A stretch of DNA of 62,582 nucleotides, filler included, from 7 parts of 7 records of this genome joined end to end with filler, not necessarily neighbours in it, one strand, 5' to 3'; numbered from the whole stretch's first letter, positions 49,511-60,305 are shown. The notes: a model not told the origin generated them from the letters alone. Translations and numbers: made by a program.

Positions 49511-50812
49511 ATAATAGACGTAATAAAAACTAATGAAAAAAGAAAAGCACTTATTGCTGGTCTTGATGTATTTGATAGAAATAATACAATCTCTATTGAT
49601 GATTCTCTTAATGAGCTTAGTGAACTTGCAGAAGCTGCTGGTTATACTATCGTTGGAGTTATCAAACAGAATAAATCTAGAATTGAAAGTGCCACATACT
49701 TAGGTACAGGAAAACTTCAAGAGATAAACTCTGTTGTTGAAGCTATGGATATTGATATAGTTATATTTGATGATGAGCTCTCTGGTATACAGATAAGAAA
49801 CCTGGAGGGAATAGTTAGTACTGATATCATTGATCGAACAGGACTGATTCTAAATATCTTCGCTGACAGAGCAAAATCAAAAGATGGTAAATTACAAATT
49901 GAACTGGCTAAACTAAGATATCAACTACCGAGATTAATCGGATGGGGAAAAACTCTATCGAGAACCGGAGCAGGTATCGGTACCAGAGGTCTTGGAGAGT
50001 CAAAACTTGAACTGGATAGAAGATATATATCTAAAAAAATCTCTGATCTGGAAAAATCATTAAAAGAAGTAAAAAAACATAGAGAAGTTCAAAGAAAACA
50101 GCGTCAAAAAAATTCTGTTCCTACAGTTGCACTTGTCGGATATACCAATTCAGGTAAATCAACTCTTATGAACTATCTAATGAGTATAGATAATGAGCAT
50201 CTTCATATAGAAAGAAATGAATCTTATGCAGAAGATATGCTATTTGCAACACTTGACCCGTTTCATAAATTAATTAAACTTCGTAAAAATTTAGAGTTTC
50301 TTTTAATTGATACTGTTGGTTTTGTCAGTAAACTTCCGCATTTTCTGGTAGAGGCATTCAAATCAACTCTTGAAGAGATTACAGAAGCTGATCTATTGAT
50401 TTATGTAGTTGATATCTCAAGAGATGATTTTGATCATCAACTAAAGGTTACCCGTGAAGTTGTGGCTGAACTGGATGCAGGTGAAAAACCTCATATTACA
50501 GTGTTTAATAAAATTGACAAACTTAACGATGAAGAGCTGACTAAAGTTTATGATATCACAGAAAACTCTATTGATATCTCTGCTCTAAAGGGTACCGGAG
50601 TAGATAAACTAATCAATATGATCGAAGAAAGATTATTCGAAGAGGATAAACTTGCTCATTTGATAATTCCATTTACAGATGGTAATATATCTTCACTTAT
50701 TCTAGAGAATACCAGAGTTATAAAACATGAATATGTTGAAAGCGGTCTTTATGTTGAGACATATTTAAATGAAAAAGAGTATAATAAATACAAAAAATAT
50801 TTAGCTAAATAA
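49511..50812 (+). CDS. hflX: Ribosome-associated GTPase HflX (apparent ATA start)
   Basis: DRTGLILNIF, GYTNSGKST, DTVG and NKID. The conserved N-domain continues 78 codons upstream of ATG 49745. Confidence 0.92.
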   Translation: MIDVIKTNEKRKALIAGLDVFDRNNTISIDDSLNELSELAEAAGYTIVGVIKQNKSRIESATYLGTGKLQEINSVVEAMDIDIVIFDDELSGIQIRNLEGIVSTDIIDRTGLILNIFADRAKSKDGKLQIELAKLRYQLPRLIGWGKTLSRTGAGIGTRGLGESKLELDRRYISKKISDLEKSLKEVKKHREVQRKQRQKNSVPTVALVGYTNSGKSTLMNYLMSIDNEHLHIERNESYAEDMLFATLDPFHKLIKLRKNLEFLLIDTVGFVSKLPHFLVEAFKSTLEEITEADLLIYVVDISRDDFDHQLKVTREVVAELDAGEKPHITVFNKIDKLNDEELTKVYDITENSIDISALKGTGVDKLINMIEERLFEEDKLAHLIIPFTDGNISSLILENTRVIKHEYVESGLYVETYLNEKEYNKYKKYLAK

Positions 50813-50828
50813 AAAATATAAAGAATAA

Positions 50829-50855
50829 ACTCTCCTTTATTAGGGGAGTTTTTTT
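50829..50855 (+). terminator. Intrinsic terminator after hflX
   Basis: ACTCTCCT-TTATT-AGGGGAGT plus a T-tract. Confidence 0.75.
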
Positions 50856-50924
50856 ACTTTATTTGCATAATTTTTCTTATTAATAAATAAAAACATATTA
50901 TAACAATATAGTTAAAACAATCTA

Positions 50925-50979
50925 TTGACAGAATAAATCTAACATGATAACATTAGTGCACATTTTGGGAATGTTCCCA
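50925..50979 (+). promoter_or_regulatory. Sigma70 promoter plus LacI-family-type operator
   Basis: TTGACA (50925-50930), 17 bp, TAACAT (50948-50953, preceded by TGA); palindrome TGGGAATGTTCCCA at 50966-50979. Confidence 0.65.
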
Positions 50980-51026
50980 TTTTTGTCTGTTGATGTTATC
51001 GTTATTTAATTTAGGGAGGAAAGTAA

Positions 51027-53138
51027 ATGAAAAAAAGAAAGACTAGTATTTCAAAAAAACTAATGTTTATTTTAGGCTTAACTTCGTTTTTAACAATTAT
51101 TAGTATTGGTCTGGTTAGTAATTTTATTGGTGAACTTATTATTAAAGAAATGGTTGATAGTGAATTAAAGCAAATAACGAGCTTAACTGTTAGTAATATT
51201 CAAACTGCTAAATTTAATTCTATTAAGAACTATTTAAGAGGAATCGCTGAAAAAAATCGCGATATAGTTGAACAGTTCTATCATCTGGAAAGAAGTACCC
51301 TTACTTCTAAGGAAGAAACACATAAAAACATTAATGAGGTTTTATTAAGTCAAAAAATTGGTAAATTTGGATATATCTATGCTGTTGACTCAAATGGAGT
51401 AATAAAAATTCATCCAAAAAACTCTTTAATAGAAAACAGTTTAATCAAATATGATTTTATTAAAAAACAAACTAAAATAAAAGAGGGATATATTGAATAT
51501 GATTGGAAAAATCCCAATGAAACTGAAGCAAGAAAAAAATCTCTATATATGAGCTACTTTGAACCTTTGGATTATATAATTTCTGTGTCAGCTTATAAAG
51601 AGGAATTTTCTAATCTTATAAAAAAAGATAATTTTAGAGAACTTATATCTTCTATCAAATTGGGAAAAACAGGATATGCTTTCATTATGAATTCAAAAGG
51701 TGACTTAATCATCCATCCAACTATGGAGGGACAAAACATTTATGATTATAAAGATGATAATGGAAACTACTTCATAAAAGAAGTCTGCGAAAATAAAAAC
51801 GGAATTATCTTATATCCATGGAAAAATCCTAATGATAAAAAGGCCAGAATGAAAATTAATTATTATAACTATATAGAGGACATGGACTGGATAGTTGTTG
51901 CAGGTACATTCGTTGATGAAGTATATGCTCCAATCTATAAACTTAGAAATATTATATTAGGAGTTGGTATTTTAATTGTTATTATAGTGATAATTGCTTC
52001 TATGATTATTGGAAAATCTTTTGCGGCTCCTATTATGAGCATAAAAACTCTGTTAACCAAAACTGAATCAGGTGATTTGACAAATCAGGTAAATATAAAT
52101 ACCGGCGATGAAATAGAAGATATGTCTGTCAGTTTAAATCTTTTCATAAATAAACTTAATGAGATGATCACTTCCGTAAAATCTTTATCCTATACTGTTT
52201 CACAAGAAAGTAAAGATATTGAGGAAATAATGAACGAAATCATTCAAAGCAGTAATAATGAAAAAAATATTATTTCATTAAAAAACTATATAGAGCGAGT
52301 TCTTGATAATGTAAGACAACAAACTACTTCTACTGAAGAATCACTTGCTAGTTTACAAGAGATTAGCGCTACAAGTAAAAATATAGATAGTATGGCAAAT
52401 GAAATTATTGATTACTCTAAAGAAGGAGTACATTTTGGAAAAAATAGTTCAATAGCTACAAAAGAGGTAAATAGTGATATTCAAGAAATAGATAAAAGTG
52501 TTAAAAAAACTAATGCCCAAATTAGCAATTTAAGTAAACTTTCTGATAATATCGGAGGAATTGTTGGTTCTATTAACGGTATAGCCGAACAAACTAATCT
52601 ACTTGCACTTAACGCTTCTATCGAAGCTGCACGTGCAGGAGAAGCAGGAAGAGGATTTGCTGTAGTTGCAGGAGAAATCAGAAAACTTGCCGAGCAAACT
52701 AATGATGAAACTGATAAAATAGAAAAGATAATCAGAAATATCGGCGAAGAGGTTCAAAAAGTAGAAAAAGCTAATGAAAATGTTGAAACAAAAGTTGCTT
52801 CAGGACTGGAAAATATGAATACTCTTAATAATAATATTTCTGAAATGCTTGATATTACTAATAAAACAGACAATAAAATTAATGAAATTGTTAAATATCT
52901 TTATGAACAGTCATTAGGAATTGAAGAAATTATGAAAGCAGTTTCAAATATAACAGAGAGTGCAAGTGATATCGAAGATCTTGGAATAAAAACCGATGAA
53001 ATCGGTGAATTTATAAAAGAAACTCTTGTTATTAAACTTGAAAGCATCAAAAAACTCTCAGATGTATCTGAAAAACTAAAAAATAATACTGATTACTTCA
53101 AAACACAAGAGGAAAATATCATAAGTTCAAAACTATAA
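51027..53138 (+). CDS. Methyl-accepting chemotaxis protein with tandem Cache domains and HAMP
   Basis: Two TM helices, two GY...HP...Y.WKNP Cache repeats, and [30 protein letters not shown]. Confidence 0.93.
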   Translation: MKKRKTSISKKLMFILGLTSFLTIISIGLVSNFIGELIIKEMVDSELKQITSLTVSNIQTAKFNSIKNYLRGIAEKNRDIVEQFYHLERSTLTSKEETHKNINEVLLSQKIGKFGYIYAVDSNGVIKIHPKNSLIENSLIKYDFIKKQTKIKEGYIEYDWKNPNETEARKKSLYMSYFEPLDYIISVSAYKEEFSNLIKKDNFRELISSIKLGKTGYAFIMNSKGDLIIHPTMEGQNIYDYKDDNGNYFIKEVCENKNGIILYPWKNPNDKKARMKINYYNYIEDMDWIVVAGTFVDEVYAPIYKLRNIILGVGILIVIIVIIASMIIGKSFAAPIMSIKTLLTKTESGDLTNQVNINTGDEIEDMSVSLNLFINKLNEMITSVKSLSYTVSQESKDIEEIMNEIIQSSNNEKNIISLKNYIERVLDNVRQQTTSTEESLASLQEISATSKNIDSMANEIIDYSKEGVHFGKNSSIATKEVNSDIQEIDKSVKKTNAQISNLSKLSDNIGGIVGSINGIAEQTNLLALNASIEAARAGEAGRGFAVVAGEIRKLAEQTNDETDKIEKIIRNIGEEVQKVEKANENVETKVASGLENMNTLNNNISEMLDITNKTDNKINEIVKYLYEQSLGIEEIMKAVSNITESASDIEDLGIKTDEIGEFIKETLVIKLESIKKLSDVSEKLKNNTDYFKTQEENIISSKL

Positions 53139-53381
53139 TTTTAGTTTTTTAAGAATTTCAAATTAATGCTTTCACAACACAAAAAAGAGTAAAGTCACTT
53201 TACTCTTTTTTTGCTTTTTAAACTGTTTTTTAGACTTTAAGAATACTTTTTTATTAATTTTCATAACTTTCTCTGTTTTTTTAACACTATAGCACTTTTT
53301 TTATTTTTTTTAAGTAATTTACTAAAAAATAACTCTCAATTGTTATTATATATTACAATATTAAGAATCTATGGAGGCAAT

Positions 53382-54302
53382 ATGAAGTTATTTAAATATT
53401 TATTAGTTTTTATCTGTTTGTTTTGTTTTGCTAATGCAGAATCTTACCCTACTCTTCCGGAGGATTTAGATAAATATCTATACGAACAAGAGAGTCAATT
53501 TACCGATATTATTCCAAATACTGAGAAAAAAATAGTTTGGGATAACGAAGATACTAAAAAGAAAACAGAATATTCTGTTGTTTATCTACATGGTTTCTCT
53601 GCCAGCAGGCAAGAGATTGCACCTGTATGCGATGATATCGCTGATAATATTGATGCTAATCTGTTTTATACCAGATTTACAGGACATGGTAGAACAGGTG
53701 ATGCAATGGGACAAGCAACACTTGATGAGTGGAAAGAAGATGTAATGGAAGCTGTTGCTATAGGGAAATCTATAGGAGAAAATGTAATTGTCATCGGTAC
53801 ATCTACCGGTGCTACACTGGCTACATGGTTTGCTGACAAACATCCTGAAGAAAAAAACATTACTTATATTTTAATCTCACCAAACTTTGGAGTTAGAAAC
53901 AGAGGAGCTAAATTATTAGGAACACCTCTTATTGGAAGACTTATCGCAAATACTTTTATTAAAGACTATTCAAGAGAAGTTGAAACAGAAGAGGAAGCTA
54001 AGTACTGGACTATTGAATATCCTACTAAAGCAATAATTCCTATGATGCAGGCTGTCAAAGAGAGTAAAAAAATCAAATACTCTAATCTTCAACAAAAAAT
54101 GATGGTTCTACATACTGATATTGATAATGTAGTTGATTCTGAAGAAACTGATAAAATATTCGTAAAATTAAAAGGTGGTAATAAGGAGTTAGTTATTATT
54201 GATAACGCAACTCAAAAAGGACATCACGTTTTAGCTGGAGATATCATGTCTCCGGAAACAACTGATGAAGTTGAAGAAAAAATATTAAATTTTATAAAGT
54301 AA
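53382..54302 (+). CDS. Secreted alpha/beta hydrolase (esterase/lysophospholipase-like)
   Basis: Signal peptide, YLHGFS, GTSTG nucleophile elbow, D.VV and HHVLAG. Confidence 0.85.
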   Translation: MKLFKYLLVFICLFCFANAESYPTLPEDLDKYLYEQESQFTDIIPNTEKKIVWDNEDTKKKTEYSVVYLHGFSASRQEIAPVCDDIADNIDANLFYTRFTGHGRTGDAMGQATLDEWKEDVMEAVAIGKSIGENVIVIGTSTGATLATWFADKHPEEKNITYILISPNFGVRNRGAKLLGTPLIGRLIANTFIKDYSREVETEEEAKYWTIEYPTKAIIPMMQAVKESKKIKYSNLQQKMMVLHTDIDNVVDSEETDKIFVKLKGGNKELVIIDNATQKGHHVLAGDIMSPETTDEVEEKILNFIK

Positions 54303-54321
54303 CAACATCTCTCTCGAAAAA

Positions 54322-54354
54322 GAAGCTCTTAAAACAACTAGTTTTAAGAGCTTC
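54322..54354. terminator. Bidirectional terminator between convergent genes
   Basis: GAAGCTCTTAAAAC-AACTA-GTTTTAAGAGCTTC inverted repeat. Confidence 0.75.
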
Positions 54355-54377
54355 TTTATTTTCTAATCTATAATTTA

Positions 54378-55334
54378 TTATATTTTAAACTCCAGTCCTA
54401 AATTAATCATATATTGCTCATGATCTATCCCTGCTGAGTCTTCTCCGGAATAAGTAACAGCTCCCGTGTCTAAATCTGTAGTTTTTATAGTTCCTTTCAT
54501 CAGTGAATAATCTGTATATTCTACTTGCGCCTTAAAAGCTAAACTAGCAGATATCATATATTTAGCATTAAAAATTAAAGCTAACATTGTTCCACCTTCA
54601 AATGTTTCTTCAAAGAACAGGTCTCTCAAATGATGTGTATCCTCATCATTTGCACTGACACTGCTACTATAGATTATTTTAGTACTAAGACTCAATATCT
54701 CATTATTCTGCATAAATCCTACTCCAACATAGGGCGCATGGAAATATCTCTTATATGTTATCCCTTTCCCTGTATAACTTCCTTCCAGATCTCTAAAACC
54801 ACTAGAGGAATCGCCACCTTGTGCCACTCCGCCGCCTCCGGAAGCTACAGAGTTATAAGCACTTGAATAAGTTAAAGTTGCTTCATAATCTTCAGAATCA
54901 ACAGAATCATATTTATAACCTGCTGTTAAAAACATTTCTCCAAACAATAATGGAAATGACATAAACTCAATATTAAAATCCATAAGTAATGCGTTACTAT
55001 TTGTTGAATGATTTGACCAATGTGTCCAATCATCTATGCTGTAATCCAGCCAGTCATAATCATCCATCTCTCCTTCGCCTTCAGTATAACTTACATAGAT
55101 ATCTCCATTAAGCCTAAAGAAGCTTTCGGCATCATAGGTAGCTCCAACTCCAACTAAATTTATAGTATCTTTCCAGATGAGTTCACTTAATTTATTACTT
55201 GAACCTGCAGTTCTATAAACTATCTCATTTGTAGTATCCTGATATACTCCTGTACTTATTCTGTAAGTCATATTTTCAATAGCGAAACTCTCTAATATAA
55301 TTATTAAAAATATAAAAAAAATTAATTTTTTCAT
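54378..55334 (-). CDS. Omptin-family outer-membrane protease
   Basis: Signal peptide; KLSELIW, MDDYDW (Asp-x-Asp), THWSNH and DEDTHHLR (Asp-x-His); beta-barrel-type C-terminus. Confidence 0.85.
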   Translation of the reverse strand: MKKLIFFIFLIIILESFAIENMTYRISTGVYQDTTNEIVYRTAGSSNKLSELIWKDTINLVGVGATYDAESFFRLNGDIYVSYTEGEGEMDDYDWLDYSIDDWTHWSNHSTNSNALLMDFNIEFMSFPLLFGEMFLTAGYKYDSVDSEDYEATLTYSSAYNSVASGGGGVAQGGDSSSGFRDLEGSYTGKGITYKRYFHAPYVGVGFMQNNEILSLSTKIIYSSSVSANDEDTHHLRDLFFEETFEGGTMLALIFNAKYMISASLAFKAQVEYTDYSLMKGTIKTTDLDTGAVTYSGEDSAGIDHEQYMINLGLEFKI

Positions 55335-55498
55335 AACATCACCTCAATTTTTTTAAGTTATATAAATTTTCTTAGAAAAATAATAAATATTTACTCTCTA
55401 TATTTAATAACGTAATTTATAAGAAAAAACTTAAGAAATAAGAAAAAGAGCTTCTTGGCAAGCCAAGAAACTCCTTTAAGGTATATTATTACGAAGTT

Positions 55499-56275
55499 TT
55501 ATTTTAACATTCCGATATCAGATAAGATCTCTTTGTATTCTTCGTTTGTTTGATCTAAGAAAGTTGAGAACTCTTCTGAGTTTGCCCATGATTTAGACCA
55601 TCCGTTTTTCTCAACAGCTGCATCCCATTCAGGAGTTTCAACCATTTTTTGTAATGTTTCTTCCCAGAATTTTAAAGCATATTCAGGCATATCAGGTGCT
55701 CCGAATAAACCTCTCCAGTTAAAGAATGTAGCGTCGATTCCAGATTCGATACAAGTAGGTATTTTAGCTAATTCTCCAGTTCCTGCTCTTTTGTCTGAAG
55801 TTTGAGCTAATCCAACTAAATCTCCAGATTGAAGTAATGCAGATACATCTCCAAGTCCAGTTGAGAATAAGTCAATATGTCCACCTAATAATTGAGCTGG
55901 TCCCTCTCCACCTTGGAATGAGATATAGTCAATTTTATCAATGTTTTTAACACCGGCAGCTTTAGCAATCATTAAGAATTGGATGTGATCCATTGATCCT
56001 GTAGCAGAACCTCCACCAATTTTGATTGATTTAGGATCTTTTTTAAGAGCGTCCATTACCTCTTTGATTGATTTGTATTTAGAACCTTTTTTAACAACGA
56101 ATGCACCGTAATCAGTGATTAATCTAGCAATTGGTGTAACATCTTTATAACTGTGTTTAGATGATCCGTTTAAGTTGATTAATAATAAAGGTGGCGAGTA
56201 AACAGATACGATTTTTTCATTTCCTTCTTGTTCTTGAAGGTAAGCAAGAGTAACTCCTCCTCCTCCTCCAGGTTT
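55499..56275 (-). CDS. tctC: Tripartite tricarboxylate transporter substrate-binding protein (5' partial)
   Basis: PGGGG near the contig edge, GGGSATGSMDH, QLLGGHID and NWRGLFG. Confidence 0.85.
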   Translation of the reverse strand, partial: KPGGGGGVTLAYLQEQEGNEKIVSVYSPPLLLINLNGSSKHSYKDVTPIARLITDYGAFVVKKGSKYKSIKEVMDALKKDPKSIKIGGGSATGSMDHIQFLMIAKAAGVKNIDKIDYISFQGGEGPAQLLGGHIDLFSTGLGDVSALLQSGDLVGLAQTSDKRAGTGELAKIPTCIESGIDATFFNWRGLFGAPDMPEYALKFWEETLQKMVETPEWDAAVEKNGWSKSWANSEEFSTFLDQTNEEYKEILSDIGMLK

Positions 56276-56375
56276 NNNNNNNNNNNNNNNNNNNNNNNNN
56301 NNNNNNNNNNNNNNNNNNNTTAATTAATTAANNNNNNNNNNNNNNNNNNNNNNNNNNNNNNNNNNNNNNNNNNNN
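56276..56375. other. Artificial contig linker
   Basis: N-run with TTAATTAATTAA. Confidence 0.99.
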
Positions 56376-56582
56376 ACTCATGCTTCGAATCCCGGATTTT
56401 ATGAAGGGCGGGAGAAAGCGGAACGAGTAGAGCAAAGTTATGTTAAGAGTATCAAAAGTGAAAATACTAAAGAAGTTAAAAATGAAATGGTAGAGAAGAT
56501 GCTTGCTAAAGGAATGGATGTTGAGATTATTTCTGAGATAAGCGGATTGAGTGTAGAAGAAGTTGAGAAATTGAAAAGTTAA
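56376..56582 (+). CDS. C-terminus of a protein with an Rpn/PD-(D/E)XK-transposase-like tail (5' partial)
   Basis: ...EMVEKMLAKGMDVEIISEISGLSVEEVEKLKS*. Confidence 0.55.
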   Translation, partial: THASNPGFYEGREKAERVEQSYVKSIKSENTKEVKNEMVEKMLAKGMDVEIISEISGLSVEEVEKLKS

Positions 56583-56590
56583 TTTATATG

Positions 56591-56616
56591 ATCTCCCTTA
56601 TAAGGGGAGATTTTTT
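56591..56616 (+). terminator. Intrinsic terminator
   Basis: ATCTCCCTT...AAGGGGAGAT plus a T-tract. Confidence 0.7.
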
Positions 56617-56754
56617 GTTTTTTAAATTCACTCGAGGAAATTATAAAAGTGTTTTGTCAAGTGATTGAAATGTAACTTATAATAGAGTTGAAATCACTTC
56701 ATATTATGGTATAATTGTTGATAGAATCAAAAAAATAACAAAGGTGGAATTGAT

Positions 56755-57042
56755 ATGGAAGTAGTTGACTTATTAGAGGAAGTTAATGATAAAAAATCAT
56801 TTTTAATATTCGTTAAATCCCTATATGCGGAAAGATTGGATGATATCGAACTAGAAAAACAGAATCCAAGCAGTCCATATGAACCGACAATTAAAGGTTG
56901 GGAAAATACAACATTGGAAGCTTTTTTAGAAAGTGCAATAGCTTGGGCAGATGATTCAAACTTTGGTGAGATAAAGGAATTAGAAGAGAATTTATGGTAT
57001 CAGTTTGCAACTTTTCTATATTGTGGGAAAATTTATGAGTGA
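56755..57042 (+). CDS. Small acidic hypothetical protein (immunity-protein-like)
   Basis: WENTTLEAFLESAIAWA...W..FA.FLY.GKIYE; AAGG RBS. Confidence 0.75.
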   Translation: MEVVDLLEEVNDKKSFLIFVKSLYAERLDDIELEKQNPSSPYEPTIKGWENTTLEAFLESAIAWADDSNFGEIKELEENLWYQFATFLYCGKIYE

Positions 57043-57069
57043 AAAAGCAAAATATTATTTGGAGGAATA

Positions 57070-57483
57070 ATGAATAAAGACAATTTGATTGTACATATTG
57101 AAGAGCAGTATAAAGAGCAAAATGATGTATTAGTTACTCTAAAGGAGTTTTTTAATGAAAGAAAAGAAAGTTGGTGTTTTGCTGCAAATTGTTGTACTGA
57201 AAACTTTACAGCAACTGAGTTTTACAAAATGTTTAAAAAATTAGAAAGCAAAAAAGAAGTGCAAGATATTTTGATTGAAATATATGATTATGACGACCCA
57301 GAGGAAGGACCTTATAGTGAGATGGCAATAGTTATTACTTCATTAACCAAACTTGATATAAATATTTTTTTTGGAGAGCAACAACCAAGTGAAATCGTAG
57401 AACTTGATCAAAATGATACAAGAGTTAATTTATTGCCAAAACCAGAGGAGAATATGAAAGTTTTTTCGCTTTGGTGGGATTAA
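57070..57483 (+). CDS. Acidic hypothetical protein ending in WWD (immunity-protein-like)
   Basis: GGAGG RBS; 137 aa with an acidic composition. Confidence 0.75.
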   Translation: MNKDNLIVHIEEQYKEQNDVLVTLKEFFNERKESWCFAANCCTENFTATEFYKMFKKLESKKEVQDILIEIYDYDDPEEGPYSEMAIVITSLTKLDINIFFGEQQPSEIVELDQNDTRVNLLPKPEENMKVFSLWWD

Positions 57484-57580
57484 TATTTTACAACTGAAAC
57501 ACAAGTCAGGATTTGGTTGTTGGAAAAAGTAAAAATGAATGGAAAACACTTATTCCGTTAAATTAAAGAAGGTGAAGAAA

Positions 57581-59194
57581 ATGTTTAGATTTCTTTTTAG
57601 TAAACTAAAGAAAAAGGTAAAGAGTGAACTAAAAACTGAGATAGATACTGAGCAAAAATTAGATTTTCTAGATGAAAAAGAATTATGTGATCTAATAAAT
57701 GAAATACAAAATCAGAATAGGTTTGAATTAATACCTCGTTTATTTGAGTATATCAATTTTCCTAATTTTATTGGAAAAAGAAGTAATATTTTTAATGTAA
57801 TTATTTCAGTAGCAAGTAAATTGAATCCTAAGCAACTATTAGTGTTAGATAAATCATTTAGAGTTCGAGATTTTTCGTATTATTCTGATCAGTGGAAAGT
57901 TAAAGATCCGTTAAAATTATTTCCAGAAAATTTAGGAGAAAAAGAAAGAGTAATTTTACTTGGAGTTGCTTCATTTCATTCAAATGGATATTTTAGAGAA
58001 AAATGTCTTGATGAGATAAGTAAATATAAAAATGGAGATGAAATTCCTTTCTTAATTATTAGGTTAAATGATTGGGTTGATCCAATTCATAGAAAAAGTA
58101 AGAGCTATCTTCTGGAAAGAATAAATGAAGCTAATATTGAAAATGTCTTCAGGTATATTACTTTATTTAATAAAATAAATGATTGGGCTAGAACTGATAA
58201 TACTGAAGTAAATGAAAAAATTAATAACCTTTTATTAAAAACAAAAAATAAAAATATACTAATATCGGAATTAGAAAATGAAAATTCTGAAATTAGAAGA
58301 ATTTGTTATCACTATTTATTAAAAAAAGCTGTTTCACCAGATTTGATAATTAATAAAATCATAAAAGATAAAAATCCGTTTATTCGATTATTTGTTATCA
58401 ATGAACTTGAAAAACTTCTATCAAACGAAGAATTTTATGTTGCATGCAACAATATATTTATAAAAGATAAATATTATAAAATTAGATTAAAATCATTGGA
58501 AATAATTTATGAATATGACACTAAAGCAAGTTATGATATAATGCATAGTTTTCTATTAGATTCAAGAAGTGAAATTAGAGAATTTACGCGAGAAAAACTG
58601 AATCAGAATAGTGAAATAGACTTTAGAAAATATTATATTGAGCAAATGTCGGATAATTTATACCTAGCTTTATTAGGACTTGGGGATATCGCTTTAGAAG
58701 AAGACTTAGAAATAATTAAAAAATATGCTTTTAGCGAAAAAACAAAACTAGTTAAAAGTTGTTTAAAATCAATTGTTAAATTAAATTTATCAGATAATAT
58801 AGAAATATTCTATCATAATTTACTATACGGAAAAGCTTCGCTCTCAAATTACTCTCGAAATATAATAATAGAAAATATATCTGAATTTAACACTACTAAA
58901 ATTTATGAATTGTATAAAAATACAGAAAATGAGTTTTATAAATTAAATTGTTTTAAAATTCTGAGATACTCTGGGAAATGGAAGTCATTAATTTATATAC
59001 TGGAAGCATTAAATGAAAACTATTTGGAGCTGAGTGAATTAGCAAAAGTGTATTATTTAGATTGGTTAGAGAAGAGTAATAGGCGTTATGCAAAATTAAA
59101 TGAAAATGACAAAAAACTGATATTTGAATTAATCGCTAATCATAAAAAATTAACTGATAAACAAAAGAAAGAATTAAGATTTCTGATAAGGTAA
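57581..59194 (+). CDS. HEAT-repeat-like protein
   Basis: SFHSNGYFREKC...RLNDWV and repeated D....IR motifs; AAGGTGA RBS before ATG 57581. Confidence 0.75.
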   Translation: MFRFLFSKLKKKVKSELKTEIDTEQKLDFLDEKELCDLINEIQNQNRFELIPRLFEYINFPNFIGKRSNIFNVIISVASKLNPKQLLVLDKSFRVRDFSYYSDQWKVKDPLKLFPENLGEKERVILLGVASFHSNGYFREKCLDEISKYKNGDEIPFLIIRLNDWVDPIHRKSKSYLLERINEANIENVFRYITLFNKINDWARTDNTEVNEKINNLLLKTKNKNILISELENENSEIRRICYHYLLKKAVSPDLIINKIIKDKNPFIRLFVINELEKLLSNEEFYVACNNIFIKDKYYKIRLKSLEIIYEYDTKASYDIMHSFLLDSRSEIREFTREKLNQNSEIDFRKYYIEQMSDNLYLALLGLGDIALEEDLEIIKKYAFSEKTKLVKSCLKSIVKLNLSDNIEIFYHNLLYGKASLSNYSRNIIIENISEFNTTKIYELYKNTENEFYKLNCFKILRYSGKWKSLIYILEALNENYLELSELAKVYYLDWLEKSNRRYAKLNENDKKLIFELIANHKKLTDKQKKELRFLIR

Positions 59195-59218
59195 TTTTAT
59201 TATACATTAAGGAGATTT

Positions 59219-60007
59219 ATGAACGAATATAATATTTATGGAAAAGGAGATATCGACTTGGTTCTTGTTCACGGTGGACCAGGTGCAAGAGGTAGTTTAG
59301 AGGATTTAGCTAAGTTGCTATCAAACGATTTAGGAATTCTTGAAATTAATCAATCTAAATTTAGCATATCAGAATTAATAGAGGATATGAATGAGTATAT
59401 TAACAAAACTTGTAAAAAAAGAGTTACTCTTCTTGGGCATTCATGGGGAGCATGGCTAGTGTGTATGTTTGCATATAAATATTCAGAGAAAGTGGAAAAA
59501 CTTATTCTGGTAGGTAGTGGAAGCTTTGAATTAAAATATGTTAAGAAGTTTAACGATAGAAGGCTTAACCGCTTAAACGAATCAAATAAGAAGGAGTATG
59601 ATATTTTGCTGAGGGGTTTTATGTCAAATGAAACTTCTAATAAAGATGAAATAATGAGTAAATTTGGAAAATTAATGGAAAGCCTAGATACTTATGAACC
59701 TATTTTTAATAATTGTGATTTAATTGGTGAGGCTAATTATCAGATGTTTAATAGTATTTGGTTTGAAGCGTCTAAGCTTAGAAAAACTGGTGAATTACTA
59801 GAGATTATGAAAGAAATCAAAGTCCCTATTCATATAGTTCAAGGTGATTACGATTCTCATGAAATTAAAGGGGTTATAGAACCATTTGACGAAAACGAAG
59901 TAGAATATTCGTATGATATTATTGAAAAATGCGGACATTATCCGTGGAGAGAAAAATATGGAAAAGATGAGTTTTTAAATATTATAGTTTCACAAGTTAA
60001 AAATTAA
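59219..60007 (+). CDS. Alpha/beta hydrolase
   Basis: HGGPG, GHSWG, GDYD and CGHYPW. Confidence 0.9.
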   Translation: MNEYNIYGKGDIDLVLVHGGPGARGSLEDLAKLLSNDLGILEINQSKFSISELIEDMNEYINKTCKKRVTLLGHSWGAWLVCMFAYKYSEKVEKLILVGSGSFELKYVKKFNDRRLNRLNESNKKEYDILLRGFMSNETSNKDEIMSKFGKLMESLDTYEPIFNNCDLIGEANYQMFNSIWFEASKLRKTGELLEIMKEIKVPIHIVQGDYDSHEIKGVIEPFDENEVEYSYDIIEKCGHYPWREKYGKDEFLNIIVSQVKN

Positions 60008-60305
60008 TTAGTGTTCTTTATTAACGGAATAATTTATCTGTTACGTTATATTATTTGAACAAATGTTGTTATAAATTTTTTAAGATAAACTATCCATGAT
60101 AAAAAAGGCTTATTGTTAAAGTAAATTTTCTAGAATTTTTACTTATTAGAGATATTGAGTTTAATAAAGTTATTTCTTAAAAAATAGTCTTAAAAATGTA
60201 AAAATACGAAACTTGAATAAAAAATTATAAAAATACAGTTCTCTGTAGAGTTGAGGATAGTTAGTATAGATTATTATAAAAAAATAAAATATAGATGGAG
60301 GAGTT

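Noticed and set aside
6495-56375. Six recurring TTAATTAATTAA motifs in N-runs, and ORFs or gene neighbourhoods spanning them
   Set aside because: These are artificial contig linkers. GC content and gene content change across them, so cross-linker associations are meaningless.
56382-56393. GCTTCGAATCCC resembling a tRNA T-loop
   Set aside because: It lies in an open reading frame and has no acceptor stem or CCA end.
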